A DNA stretch of 64,000 bases from Chrysomallon squamiferum (Eukaryota > Animalia > Mollusca), in NCBI GenBank assembly GCA_012295275.1, contig CM022672.1:24366001-24430000 (forward strand), in the 5' to 3' direction. Both the position numbers and the translations under genes were made by a program. Positions 13,901 through 25,815 of this stretch are shown piece by piece. The notes below the pieces were generated by a model that was given only the letters and a program-made list of their open reading frames with translations, searched no databases and was not told the origin of the DNA. The stretch's first letter is position 1, and every line of letters begins with the position of its first letter.

Positions 13901-16900
13901 TGCCAAATATTACATTTATCTTGTATTAAATTTCATTTCTGAAATTACAATTTTTAAACTTCTATCTAAGAAACCTTTTTTTGCTGGTTTTTCTTTTTGA
14001 TGTTGTTGTTGTTACTGTTGTTGTTTGTTTTTGTCTTTATTCTTATTGTTGTCTTTATTCTTTATTTTTAATGCTAAGAATGATGGTCGTCATTTACCAT
14101 TAACATGGAAAATAATGTTCTATGTGAATTTTCCTGTTTTCTTTCAATGTACCTTAGTGTTCTTCACTGTCTTGGAATTAAATTCTTTATATTCAAGGTA
14201 AAATTTTACATATGTACTCCTGCAATTATGGCCAATAACAACCAAGCCAGTTATTTCATTCTCTGAATTCAGTGAAACCTTAAACAAAAAAATGATGTAA
14301 TCTATTTAAGAGATAGGCACAGAACAATTGTAAAATTCTTCTGAACAATTTTGAAAAAATTCTTTTTTTAAATCAATCATTTTATTTTATATCTAGTAAT
14401 TTATCTAGTATCATAGAAAGAAAAGATTAAAATTTCAGCACTATTTTAGAAACGCTGAATCTCTGATGAATGGTATTCTATAGTTACTGAACATGTTAAT
14501 TACAATTGTAATTTATCTATAATTATAATCTTTATAATAAAGCATTATCAGTTTAAATCTCCATAGTAATTTGATAGTTAAACTTTCATTTACTTTCTAT
14601 TTGGCAAATACACAATTACACATACAGATATGTATATATTTGAATGTTTTATTATATTTTTATAAATATTAATTTAATCAAAAGCAGTTTATCTCATATA
14701 TTTAATATAAATGAGATAAACTGCTTTTGATTAAATTAATATTTATAAAAATATAATAAAGCATTAAAATATATACATATCTGTATCTGTAATTGTGTAT
14801 TTGCCAAATTATTACTAGTATAGCACAATATACAGTAATAACATTTGATATAAACTATTGTGTTTTACATTTTTTGATTTTGCTAAGTTCTAATAAATTC
14901 TTAAATAACAGGATACTATTCAAAATTCAAATAATAATTTTTGGAAATAATGAAAACTATGTTTATAAAGGAATAAAATATGTTATAAAATAATAATACC
15001 CTCAAAAATTTATTAATTTCGCTATTAGTTTTCCAGTAAGATCCATACTCAATTCCTCTCATATTTTTACTATACATCTTAGAACCACGTCGACTTCTTG
15101 CTGGACCAAATGCTAAATTTGAAGCCAGAGATATTTGAATATCAAAAGATGATGAGGAGAATTGATCATCATGAACATCATGATAACCAGTGAATAAGTA
15201 AGAATCATCCCCTGTAGAGAACAACAACAAAACATTATTACTATATGAATTCTGCAGTAAAATATATCTTCTGAAATATGATATAAATACAACAAATTAT
15301 ACTACAATATTGCAATTGCATCAATTCCATGAAAAAGGAAAGAACTTGTGATGCCATCAAATATTTGGTGGACAAAGAGCTACAAAAGGTCAGTTAACTT
15401 GTCTTTGAAATTACAAGAAATATTCTACCAGATCAAGGCTTGTCATTTGAATAATTTTGGATTTTTATTTTCTCTAGTTTATATTTTTATTTTATTTTAT
15501 TTATTCATTAATTCTGGTTATTGTGGGTTTTTCTAAATTAAATAACAAGAAGTTACAATTCTGAGTTGTTTTTTGTTTTTTTTCATTTGATTCAAGATGC
15601 TACCATATATTTAAGCAGTTGATGTCACCATCCCTGGTATTCATTGTCAATCAAACAGCTATTTTTATTAGTCTGGAATAATCTTAATTATTTTAATAGG
15701 AATAGGTGATGTGAAATTTACTATCAATTTCATCAGCTACTTTTCTAGAAGAAAGCACTAAATAAATAAACGGTGATGATAAAATTGAAAGCAATTCTTT
15801 TGTCTGCTTCTTTGTGAATGACACTGTAAATAATAAAAAATAAATCAAAATAAAATAAAATATATTTATTTTTTATTTTTTATTTTATTTTATTTTTTTT
15901 AAATATATAATAGTATCACTGAGCTAATTTTAGGATAAAAAATTTGCATTCAATATGCCCTTAGTAAAATCACTCTGATTTGCAGTTATCAGTTATATTG
16001 GCTGGTATTTTAAAACTACTAAATATTTACTTTTCATTTACTCAGTATGCTGTTTTTAATTAGATATATGAACAATGAATTTTGTGAATAAATAGGATGA
16101 ACAGAGATGGGCAGAATTACAAAAATGTTCAGAAAAAACAAAATCAGAAGTTATCAATGAAAGTTTGGAAGTCTGTCAAATGGTGACATACTTACTTGAA
16201 ATACGACAGCTCAAGTGATATTGATTTCTATCAGTAACAGCCTTCCAAATCACACTTCCATTTTTTGGACCCATTATAATTGTTGAACCTGGTGCTTTTT
16301 GTTTTTCATTTTTGCGAATAACAGCTTTATGTGATCCATCAATGGATTTAGAAAAGCTGTTATCCAAATCCACATCCACATAACCTTTTAAATAAAAACA
16401 TTTTAATTCTAACTATGCTTAAATAGGGAGAATATTTTTCAGAACAAAAGGAAGGAAATAAATGTGTAAAAATATATTGTTTAAAGTAAAACAAAACATA
16501 TTGTTAGTATTTATTATTACAAAAATGTTCTTTTTTTAATCATTAAATCATTTGTTATCTCTTATCAGTTATCAACAAAAAATATTTTAATTTGTCTTAA
16601 ATATGAAAGATAATCTTTTTATTAGTTCTCTACATTTCTTTCATTTTCAAACTGAAATGTCAAATTAATAAAGTATCTACAAATAAGCAAATTTTATACT
16701 TAAAAACCAAATCAGAAATATTACCAGTGTAATAAAATTGGTTGTTATCTCCATTTTGTTTTACTGTTACAAAAAATATTGTACATTCTTCTGATGTGAA
16801 AAATGTAGTTAAATGACCTCCTTGAGTAAGACACTGAGCTTGTCCCTTTTCAAAAGTGAAATTTTCTTTATACAGTTTGAAGCTAACTGAAAAATCTGCA

Positions 16901-19900
16901 AAAGGAACAGAAACAAGATGTTCTAACATACAAAAATAAACATTCTGTCAGTTACATTTATTATTTATTTATATAAACATTTTAAAAACAGATTTCAATT
17001 TAAGAAATTACCGTACAATATATTCTCCATTTTTACAAAAATCTTCCACTGACAAATAATTTTGTATTATGATGTTTTAAAAATATTTTATGGATCAAAA
17101 TAACTATAGATAATAAACATATATGTAATAAAACAAATTATAACACATTTGCATTAACCTTGTATACATTTAAATCCATCACGCCACAATTTAAAACCTT
17201 TAGAACAACTACAGAAAGCAACATTCTGTTTCATTGTGCATGTATCTTCACAACCTCCATTTCTTATTTTACATTTTTTAAATACTCCTGAAATAGAAGA
17301 AAAAGAAGAAAAAAAGACATTAAATTTAGTAAGAAAGTTTTCTGGGTTATTAGGAAAACCTAAATGCATATCCTTAGATTATTTTGTAGCAAAGTATATT
17401 TTGTCGTTTTTGTTATTATGAACAATGTGACCCATAAAGTGCACAATCATTTTCAAAAATAAATGTTTTGAATGGAGACTTTATACTTATAAGATATTGA
17501 TATATTTTCTGGGTCCTATAACCTAACAAAGTAATACTATGTCAAAATATTTGAACATAACTATTTTACTCCCTCACAGTTTTACTTTTGACATCACAAA
17601 ATAATTAAATTCTAGGGCCCAGCTCAATCAGTTAACTAAGAATCACTGCTCCAAGTATTCACTCAGCTATGATGGGGTTATGAAATTATGCTGCACCCTG
17701 CATTTTCACATTCTACCAAAAAGATTAATACATTTAGAACACGTTATTAAATAATGAAACCTGACAAAACACGGTTAGACATTATTGAGATTATTAAAAA
17801 GTTAATTTTTCATGGATTTTGAATCAAATTAGTTGTATTAGATCTCATATACTGCGGTTTCCACATACTTGTTATTTTCTAAAAAAATTACAAATTACTA
17901 TGCTAAAATTTGCTACATAGTCCTGCAAAATTTTCGTACCCTAATAATACTCTGCAAACTGACTTCATGTGCCAGACAGAATGTGACTGCATTGTAACTT
18001 GAAGAATACAAAATTCCATCTGAAGAAGTTACCTGTGTCAGCCATATAACTGTCAGTGTCAAACATGAATGAGGATACTCCAACACTGACCCTAATCTAT
18101 ATACAATATATGATTTTGTAAATTTGTTTGTCCTAGAAATAAATATCTACAAAAGTAATCATCCCTCTTCTCAAAGCATGCAGCATTAAAACAACTTGTC
18201 CTGGTGTGTGTTAATCCAAAACCAAGATTATATCCCCTCCTGGATCGGATTGCCATACTCTACTGAAAAGATCAGATATTGAACCGACTAGATGCAAAGC
18301 CAGAACATCATAGCACACCAGAACCTCATGAAATTCCATCGATATTTTCCACTATAAAGCTTGAGATTTGGATGCACATTGAATTTTATAAATGTATCAG
18401 AGATCCCATCATACTGACATCTCAGATGGGGTACTTGATCTAATTGCTAGTCTCATCAAATTTGGCTTTATTCTGGCATAGAATCGAGGGATTTCACATT
18501 CAAATTTTTCTATACCTGTAAGAAAGTACAACAAAAGAGTTAATATTAAGGAAATTTTAAGAACATACCGAATATAGCAACCATGAAGGACCAAGCAAGA
18601 TACATATGAAGACATGATGGTGGCTCTGGGATGGCAAGATAACCATCACATCCGTCTCCTGAGGACTATGTTCACCAATTTTCAAAGTCCATGTGTCAAG
18701 CAAAAGCTGAATTATGATACAAACCAAAGCCCTTTGCAGTGCTGTAAATTTGTGGTGGATTTTTTGGACTAGCTTCCCATATGTCATCAGTCAGCTAGGA
18801 AGACTAATTCGATAAATGCATTTTTGAATGATATCAGTATGTTTTGTCAGATTTTATTATGTAATTAAACATTTACAGAATACAATTAGGCAGGATATAT
18901 CATGATTTCACACTTCAACTATAGCAAGCTAAGTGAATCACTACCCAGTACAGTGACCACAGTAATGATGACATGAAATTGTCTGAAGTTCATTAAGCAA
19001 AATATAGGCTCTGAAAAATCAAAATATACTAATTAACAAAAACAAACCAGTCATTATTAACACTCAACTATGGAGTTGCCCAGCTGAGAGGCAAAGTGCT
19101 GAGTGACATGGGCCCAGTTGGTTAATGGACTAATAGTTGTATGATATTCGTCTGAATTTCTTATTTAAAAAAGGTGGTTTAACAAATGTATTTTAAAAAA
19201 TAGACATTTAAAACTGATCATATAAATCACGATGTGGTTTTACATTTTTCTATTGTTAAATAATATACATGTTTATAATATATTAACAGATAAGTTCACG
19301 CTTACTGACGATTTTTATATTAAAATATTATATAAATTTTTGTGGATGTTATTGTTTGTTGCACTACTTCCAAAAATATTATCTAGCTACACTGAATTTA
19401 CTATTCCTGTAGGATAACCAAAATAATTTGTGGTTAACAAGTTATCTACTGATACTAAAACAGATGAAAAAGAATTGTCTTCACTAGATCTCTAAGCAGG
19501 CCACAGATACTACAACATTTACATATATTTAACAATGTACTCAAATGAAAACTTTCACATAAGTTAAATTAACATGAACTTTTTTAAATATATAATATTT
19601 ATTTAAGAAATAATTTTATTTTAACTAAGATTACTGTGGCTAATAAAACTTAAGAAACTTACAGCCAAAAGGATTCACCATAGAAAAAAAGCAGCAATGA
19701 TATGTTTTTTAACTGGACTATTTTGTTCAATTTTTTTATAAATAAAGCAATTCTACCAATTGTTTTACTTTAAGTTCTAATTGTTATTAAAATATATTAC
19801 ATTCTGCTTTAATTTCTCTTTATTAATAGATATTTGGAAGTCTGTGATGGCTAAAGAAATGAAATGTTTGAAGGAAATCATTATTTGATATTTACTGCAT

Positions 19901-22887
19901 GTTGGTTGTTCTGTATAAAGCACTATCCTTGTACAAACTGCATATTGACCAGGTTTTAACTTGAAGTGAATGGCAAATTCTGTAGTGTAAACTCTATAGT
20001 CAAACATGTGATATACAACATCACCATTTTTTATAGCTGCAGTGCTCATGGCTGGAAAAACCTTTTTAAAAAAGAAAAGGCAGATTTAATCATTAAGTAA
20101 ATAACAATAAAGAAAATGTCTAAATGAAGAAAACAAATACTTCACTAATGTTTCTCAATAAACTGCTTGTGATTTAGCAATATTCAAACTCGCTGATATG
20201 GGAAAATGTAAAGTTAAATAATATAGTTTTATTTACAAAGTAATTTCTTTTTTTTTTTCTTTTTTTTTCCTGCTGCATTTTTTTTCTTGGAAGCTATTTC
20301 TTTTTAATTATTTTAATTTTCATTGTTTATATATATCATAATGACTTTTAAGAGTACTGTGGTCTTCAACAAAATGGATCCATTTCAAAAGGATAAATAG
20401 AAAGAATATTTTCCGAGTAGAATTTAACTGTTATCACATCTATCATTTGTTGAAATGTTACTTGAAAACTCTTACAAGATCTGTTTTTTGTGTGATAAAT
20501 ATTTACAGAAAAATTATTTTGTTTGAATGATATTTTAATTTATTTAGTAATTCATAATGCTGAACTGAACATTCTATATTCTGAATCAATTACCTTGACT
20601 TGTTTACTATTGGGATTCCCTATTTTTAAAGCCTCATGAGTATTTTGGTCTATTTTCCTGTAAACTACAAAAGATTCATAGGCAGTATCTTCATTTCCTT
20701 GATCAGGTCCCCTTAATCCAATTGCAACAAACTTTAAAATTTTAGAAAAGGTGACTTTTAATAAAGGATAATAGTCTTTATTTGACATACTGTTTGGTGC
20801 AGTAGAATCAGCACTACACCAGATTGTTTTTGTTGCATTAAGTGGCTCAGAATAGTTCTGTTTGCTGGAATATGTGGAGTAGCTTAACTTACCACCAGGC
20901 ACAACAGCTATACAAACTTTTTTAGAAATCACCAGATCTAAAAATGACAAATAAATATATATTTATATGTAATGAACTTTTTATATATTACTGACAAAGG
21001 ACATGTGGCAATTTTTAGAACATTTAGCAGTGAAAATAGCACAGTCAAAACGCATGAAATGTTTTTATTTTTTTTAAGAATTTAGGAGTCATTTGTAAAT
21101 CCTGTTTAACTTTAAATTTTTTTGAATTTCCAGACATAAACAATTTAATAAATAGAGATGTTTTAGCTTAAGGACAATAACAATGATACATGAAAATTCT
21201 GTCAGTAAGAATTATTTATTTATTTTTTTATGACACACCAGCATATGATGACATTCAATTACTGGGTGTCATTCTATGATTAGGAATATAATCATATATA
21301 TTCAAATAAATCAGTGTAATAAGCTGACATACAATAATTTAATTAGGCTACATACAATATGATTCATTCAGAGAACATATAAAAATTATCATAGATAATC
21401 AAGCTGGTAATCAAAGGATTTTAGGAAACTTATGAAACAGTTGATGCTACAGCTTAAACTAAATCTTAGGCAATTAAAAAATTATTTATCAACAACACTG
21501 GCTGTTTCTTAATTATTGTTTTATATTACAAAGCTTTATTTTTTCCCAGCAGCTCACTGAGAAAATCATGAACAGTTGTAGCCAAATGTTTTAGGACCAC
21601 CAATGAAATATCACATATTCTTTCATTGTTTTTTTCTTAGACTGTTTATGAATAATTGTGCCAGATATTCTGAAGATTGCATAATCCTTAATTTTCCAGT
21701 TTGAGGGCTGTTTTCACATAATTCAAAATTGCAGTATCCACACCAGCAAGCTGAAGCAAGAAAATTCATGAGTTTTGCTAATCAAAGGATAACTATACAA
21801 CAGCTAAGTAGATCAGATAAATCAAACCCAGTGTGTAAAATAACATTCAGCAGTGTAATCCAATTGTCAATTTTTGCAAAAAACCAACAACAATACTCAT
21901 CTAAGATTAATCCAGTTTGCAGTAGTTTCAGGACCATGTTATCATGTAAAATAGCCTAGTAAGAATTGAAAATATGAACAGTACACATTGCCTGTTGAGA
22001 AACATCAACAAATCCAATGGAGTAAGGATCAGTGTGAAGAAATCACCAGTGTCAAATACTTATGAAAATGCCAGAAATCAAAGATAACTAGGCTGTTCTT
22101 GAAGACGGATCAAATGAGTGTTCTTCACTGGCCTCAAAATAGCATCAATTCAAATCCAGTCGAAAATGTATGGTTACACTGAAAGACTAAGTAGTGGACA
22201 GATGTTTTCTGATACAATTAAATGTGACCGAACAAAGCTGACATTATGGCTCAGCCATTAGAAGCAGATATTAAAAGCCATGGTAAGCATACTAAATACT
22301 GAAATATGTTAGAAAACAATGAAATATATAAGAACATCATTTCTATTTATGTATCTTAAAAGTTTATGGATTTTTATTCCCTCCTATTTTTTGATATTTT
22401 ATTTATTTATTTAATTGTTTTTTAAATCAGGCAGATGGTACTATTTATAATTATATATACACTACTACCATAAGGGAAACACTGGTATTAGTACCTTTAA
22501 ACTCATATGATGGGCAATATTTTTATCTACAAAAATAAAATAAACCTTTCATCCTATGTTTCATACTCTGTTTCACTTCTGGATGACTGAGAGAAAATAA
22601 AAACATTTCAATTTGAAATAAAAAAAAGAGAGTACAGATGATATAAAACATATACTAATTAAAAACAAAAGAAGTATTAGCAAAAATTAATATGCTCAAA
22701 AAAATGATTTTTAAATTTTTGTATGGAATGCTTTTTAAAGAAACAATTATTTTTTTTTCTTTCAAATAATGTTATTGTAAGCTTCATGTAATTACATTTC
22801 TAATATAAAATTATGTCATCTGTTTTAATTCATACCATATTGCAAAATCCAGTTTATGCATATAAAGAAATGAACAAAAATATCCAT
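1320..22887 (-). CDS. Gene B: paralogous polycystin-1/REJ family receptor, 5' 17 coding exons; continues beyond position 1
   Basis: Exons 22836-22887, 20594-20937, 19896-20061, 17159-17287, 16725-16895, 16196-16384, 15000-15211, 14153-14278, 12824-12959, 11040-11168, 10463-10711, 9621-9818, 6074-6234, 5299-5472, 3714-3870, 2304-2570, 1320-1993. All are GT-AG, phase-compatible, 3534 nt with no stops. The last three exons are direct paralogues of the first three gene A exons in the window. Confidence 0.87.
2304..2570 (-). CDS. Gene B exon: Cys-rich segment + EGF-like domain
   Basis: 267 nt, phase 1-1; NPCASHPCPEGDICLYNSTKAVCYCPQTITGNC; same length as 59020-59286. Confidence 0.9.
3714..3870 (-). 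CDS. Gene B exon: C-terminal part of third F5/8 type C (discoidin) domain
   Basis: 157 nt; HFLSPVTARFVRIFWSYNAKTISFTLTMELYGC matches discoidin P-x-x-ARFVRI...ELYGC; not in the ORF track. Confidence 0.9.
5299..5472 (-). CDS. Gene B exon: middle of third F5/8C domain
   Basis: 174 nt, phase 0-0, ttgcag|GTT...GAG|gtgagt; VDL...FQLKYSRDLTDF. Confidence 0.85.
6074..6234 (-). CDS. Gene B exon: N-terminal part of third F5/8C domain
   Basis: 161 nt, phase 1-0; CDLPILSGFWTISRNDWTSSG...EGFVQ. Confidence 0.83.
8050..8560 (+). mobile_element. Decayed transposon-derived ORF (GCDT..GK motif plus C-terminal CXC-like cluster)
   Basis: Broken frames read ALSVCDTVACCFNTGKNTILK, LPSTNKAFKENMK, HGW.KDE, LMQLTNSGCETDTPSQSSRCG*. 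This motif order is typical of a widespread invertebrate TE-associated protein (recognised from memory, not searched). Confidence 0.5.
9621..9818 (-). CDS. Gene B exon: second half of C-type lectin-like domain 2
   Basis: 198 nt, phase 1-1; GL...EWQDG...W...VCQY. Confidence 0.87.
10463..10711 (-). CDS. Gene B exon: first half of C-type lectin-like domain 2
   Basis: 249 nt, phase 1-1; TFDEAYNECKRYGGYL...WFLG. Confidence 0.88.
11040..11168 (-). CDS. Gene B exon: EGF-like domain 2 (calcium-binding type)
   Basis: 129 nt, phase 1-1; VNECSKNPCSHNCIDTPENFFCTCHSQHHLFIDGKTC. Confidence 0.9.
11544..11879. mobile_element. Tc1/mariner-type MITE, 336 bp
   Basis: About 55-bp imperfect TIRs starting CAGGGTGTCCCAAAAGTAAC / ending GTTACTTTTGGGACACCCTG, with TA on both sides. 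Confidence 0.88.
12824..12959 (-). CDS. Gene B exon: C-terminal part of second (divergent) F5/8C domain
   Basis: 136 nt, phase 0-1, tttcag|AAG...CAG|gtaat; MDPFFNATEITLKI...WDLTG. Confidence 0.75.
14153..14278 (-). CDS. Gene B exon: middle of second F5/8C domain
   Basis: 126 nt, phase 0-0; VSLNSENEITGLVVIG...VKFYLEY. Confidence 0.8.
14599..14809. repeat. Long near-perfect inverted repeat (99-bp arms, 13-nt loop)
   Basis: 14599-14697 is the reverse complement of 14711-14809 with 3 mismatches. Confidence 0.95.
15000..15211 (-). CDS. Gene B exon: N-terminal part of second F5/8C domain
   Basis: 212 nt, phase 1-0; DDQFSSSS...FGPARSR...GSYW...KFLR. Confidence 0.83.
16196..16384 (-). CDS. Gene B exon: second half of C-type lectin-like domain 1
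   Basis: 189 nt, phase 1-1, donor gtaagt; ends W...YHLSCRI. Confidence 0.8.
16725..16895 (-). CDS. Gene B exon: first half of C-type lectin-like domain 1
   Basis: 171 nt, phase 1-1; TFEKGQAQCLTQGGHLTTFFTSEE. Confidence 0.87.
17159..17287 (-). CDS. Gene B exon: EGF-like domain 1
   Basis: 129 nt, phase 1-1; CKIRNGGCEDTC...CSCSKGFKLWRDGFKC. Confidence 0.9.
19896..20061 (-). CDS. Gene B exon: C-terminal part of first F5/8C domain
   Basis: 166 nt, phase 0-1; VFPA...VVYHMFDYRVYT...CTRIVLY. Confidence 0.8.
20594..20937 (-). CDS. Gene B exon: N-terminal two thirds of first F5/8C domain
   Basis: 344 nt, phase 1-0; IWCSA...LLKVTF...VAIGLRG...FVVY. Confidence 0.85.
21980..22300 (+). mobile_element. 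Decayed Tc1-like transposase C-terminus
   Basis: VLHWPQNSINSNPVENVW (cf. WPxxSPDLNPIENxW) at ~22108-22175 and IKSHGKHTKY* at ~22270-22300; left limit uncertain. Confidence 0.75.
22836..22887 (-). CDS. Gene B first coding exon (start codon, signal peptide); whole exon 22836-22919 includes 5' UTR
   Basis: tatttcag acceptor at 22920-22921, in-frame upstream TGA, ATG at 22887. Splicing to 20937 gives hydrophobic MDIFVHFFICINWILQYDLVIS-KK. Confidence 0.7.
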
Positions 22888-24999
22888 CTTGTAAGAATTT
22901 TATCAGCCAGATGTGTTGTCTGAAATAGAAAAATAAATAAAATGCATAATTATTATTTTTATTATTAATAAATTACAAACAGTCATGGTATAATACTTAG
23001 AATGTTACAAAAACTATTTAATTTTCCATTCGATATATGGAAAAATCAAAAATAAATTATTCTTTATACAAAAAAAGTTTTAATAATTTGAATACTGATG
23101 CCCATATGTATGTCGCATTTTCTTTACTAATATACTAATTAAAAAAAAGCAAAAATAAATCTGCAGATATAATTATGTTTCAGAGCCCTAACATCACCAT
23201 TTTAGTTACAAAATACATATATAATACATTTAAAATGAAAAAAAATCTATTGATTTGTATTCATTGTACTGCACACAATATCAAATAATGATAATGTTGC
23301 ACAGATGTCAGTATCTTAATACATTACTATGACTGGAAAAACTGCAAATTAACATTTGTAATGTGATCATGATCTATATATGCTGAAGCTGTTATTAAAA
23401 TTACACATAAAAATGTTTTGAATGAAGTGCAACATTAATTTATAGAATAAGTAATTGTATCTTTCTGAAGAATTTATTTTTCTGATTCTTAATATATTTG
23501 TAAATCATAAATTCTGAATGTTCATAATAATGCCGAGTAAATTTATATCTGAATATAACTGTCAACAGTTAAAATAAGCAATAACTAGTAACTGATTAGT
23601 TTGTTATCAAGTTTATAAGATTTAGCATTACAAGATAGGAAATTCAAGAAGGTAACAGATATCATAAACAGAGAAAGTAATAATAAACAAACATTAATAA
23701 AGATATCAGCAATTTTATGAAATATTGCAAACTTCATGATTGCAGTGTAATGGTGTGTAATATTTATCATGCTTTCAAATGTAACCTCTTAACTATTAAA
23801 ACAAAGTGCATGTCCTGTAACCAAATCCAGTTTTCACTTTTTAGTTTAAATCAAACTTAATTCACCTTGCAGTGTGTTTAATACTTGCTTTAAAGAGTTT
23901 AATTCTAGCTATAGTGAATTTGATTTGTTTTTATAACCCGTTACTGAACAATTTATAAAAAAAGAATAATGAAAGCCTCTGATTACTGGACTCAAGTCAC
24001 AAATTATCTTTAAACATTTAGTTTAATGTAATAAGTTCTGATTAATTATTTTTTCAACTGAATTTTGTAAAGTGCAAGTTATCTGTTTTTATAATTTGCA
24101 TTTCCTTATTTTTAACTGTCCTTGGTTATACAATTCACGCAGTTACAATTGGCAGGTTTCTGTATTTTTCTTAGTAGACATAAAGGATTATCCTGTAAAA
24201 TCACATTCACTTGCGTATTCTCTAATAAAGAATGTCATAACAGAAATGAGAATATTATCACATTATGTTTACAGTGTACCTGTGGCATTAAGAATAAATG
24301 GTCTAATAAACTGTTTTATAATGCCAAGTTATATTATTTTTACTTTCTTAAGTGACTTTTCACCATTCATAAAAGATATCAATAAATCAACTATTACAAA
24401 ACAACTGTGTTCTGCCATTTAACCTGTTCACCACTTGAGCCATCATTTCATCGTGTATGCAGTGGACAGATGGTGTATTTTTCAATATTCAAAGAAATGT
24501 TAGACTAAACTGGCCAATCCTGTACATAATAACATCATTGGTAGTGCCCATGCATTTTTTGATTGTACGTTTATAATGTGAAGCTTCAAGATACTAGTCA
24601 CAGTAGTATGGTACAAATGTTCTACATACCTTTTAATCTTATAATTATGTATTTATTATTAAAAATGTCTAAGAATGTGAATAATTGTAATTAACAAACA
24701 AGGGAAAAATTCAAGATTTTTCATAACTGGTTTTATTTCAATATGAATGTCATGACACTGTAAGTCTGATATTACATCTAATTCAGTGAAGAAAAATTAC
24801 CAGTTTTTGTACATTACACCAATCAGTCGGCAATTTCTGCCTCTGACACTTAACTTAAGTAAATAAATATATAAAATAAATAATAAATCATGACAAAATC
24901 CTCAGCAAAACCTCTGCTAGCAAGGAAGCAGACCTAAATAAAAGCAATGTTGTATTTTAAAAATGTTTTCCTTGTATTTATTTATTTACTTACTTATTT

Positions 25000-25500
25000 A
25001 AATACCACAGTTCTGGCGAGAGTACTTAAGTTTAATGGATCATTATTAATTAGTTATGATTATAAAAATCTGTATACGCAAAACTCCTAAATATTTAACT
25101 GCTAAAGCTCATATGGCATTTTTACAATCCATAGTGATTTTACGTGTGAAAATGTCGTCTGCACACACACCTACGTATTATAGACACTAAAACGTTATTT
25201 TGTTACGCTGCATGATATAAATTTGTAGTTCCCTAAGTTAGACGTTATGTTTTTCTCGCGGTGTTGCTATGATTTCTTGTTTTTACGCTACAACAAATAT
25301 TTTTAAAAAGGTCACATAACGAGTCATTTTTGGCTTATCAATATAATGTGAAGTGAAGTGAAAAAAATTAACGTGCTAATCAGAGCAAGCTGTTGTGAAG
25401 CACGTCTACGACGTGCACGCTTTCTGACAGGTCAGCGGGCGTATCCGTCGCAGATTCTCAATATAACCAGTCTTTTATTTTTATACCACAGTACCGGCTA
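25000..25500. promoter_or_regulatory. CpG-retaining segment, candidate promoter region of gene B
   Basis: Dense CG dinucleotides (e.g. cacgtctacgacgtgcacgc, gcgggcgtatccgtcgc) in an otherwise CpG-poor window, ~2.1-2.6 kb upstream of the first coding exon. Confidence 0.4.
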
Positions 25501-25675
25501 GTACCAGAATGTTTTTTTTTTTTTCAAGGGAGATAAGTAGGAATATAAGTATGTTTGTTTAACGGCTCCCCAGCACATTTTATTATTATTTTTTTTTTTT
25601 CTATTGGGTGTCATTTTAAGGTGAAAAAAACAACACAAAACGAACAAAAAACAATGATCTAAGAAAAGCCAGTGT

Positions 25676-25677
<2 letters not shown>

Positions 25678-25719
<42 letters not shown>
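25678..25719. repeat. (CA)n microsatellite
   Basis: About 21 AC units. Confidence 0.95.
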
Positions 25720-25721
<2 letters not shown>

Positions 25722-25815
25722 AAAACTATAGTTATCAAAGATCAGGGCGGGGTCCAAAGACACACGCACACTAAACTGAAAAATATAGTTATCAAAGATC
25801 GGGGGAGGGTCAAAA
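25713..25815. repeat. Two-copy ~45-bp direct repeat
   Basis: actgaaaa(c/a)tatagttatcaaagatc(a/g)ggg..gggtc occurs twice. Confidence 0.8.

Noticed and set aside
17950-18800. GC-richer intronic block with ORFs 18409..18615 and 18557..18787
   Set aside because: No recognisable domain and not needed for the reading frame; probably an old repeat, unclassifiable by eye.
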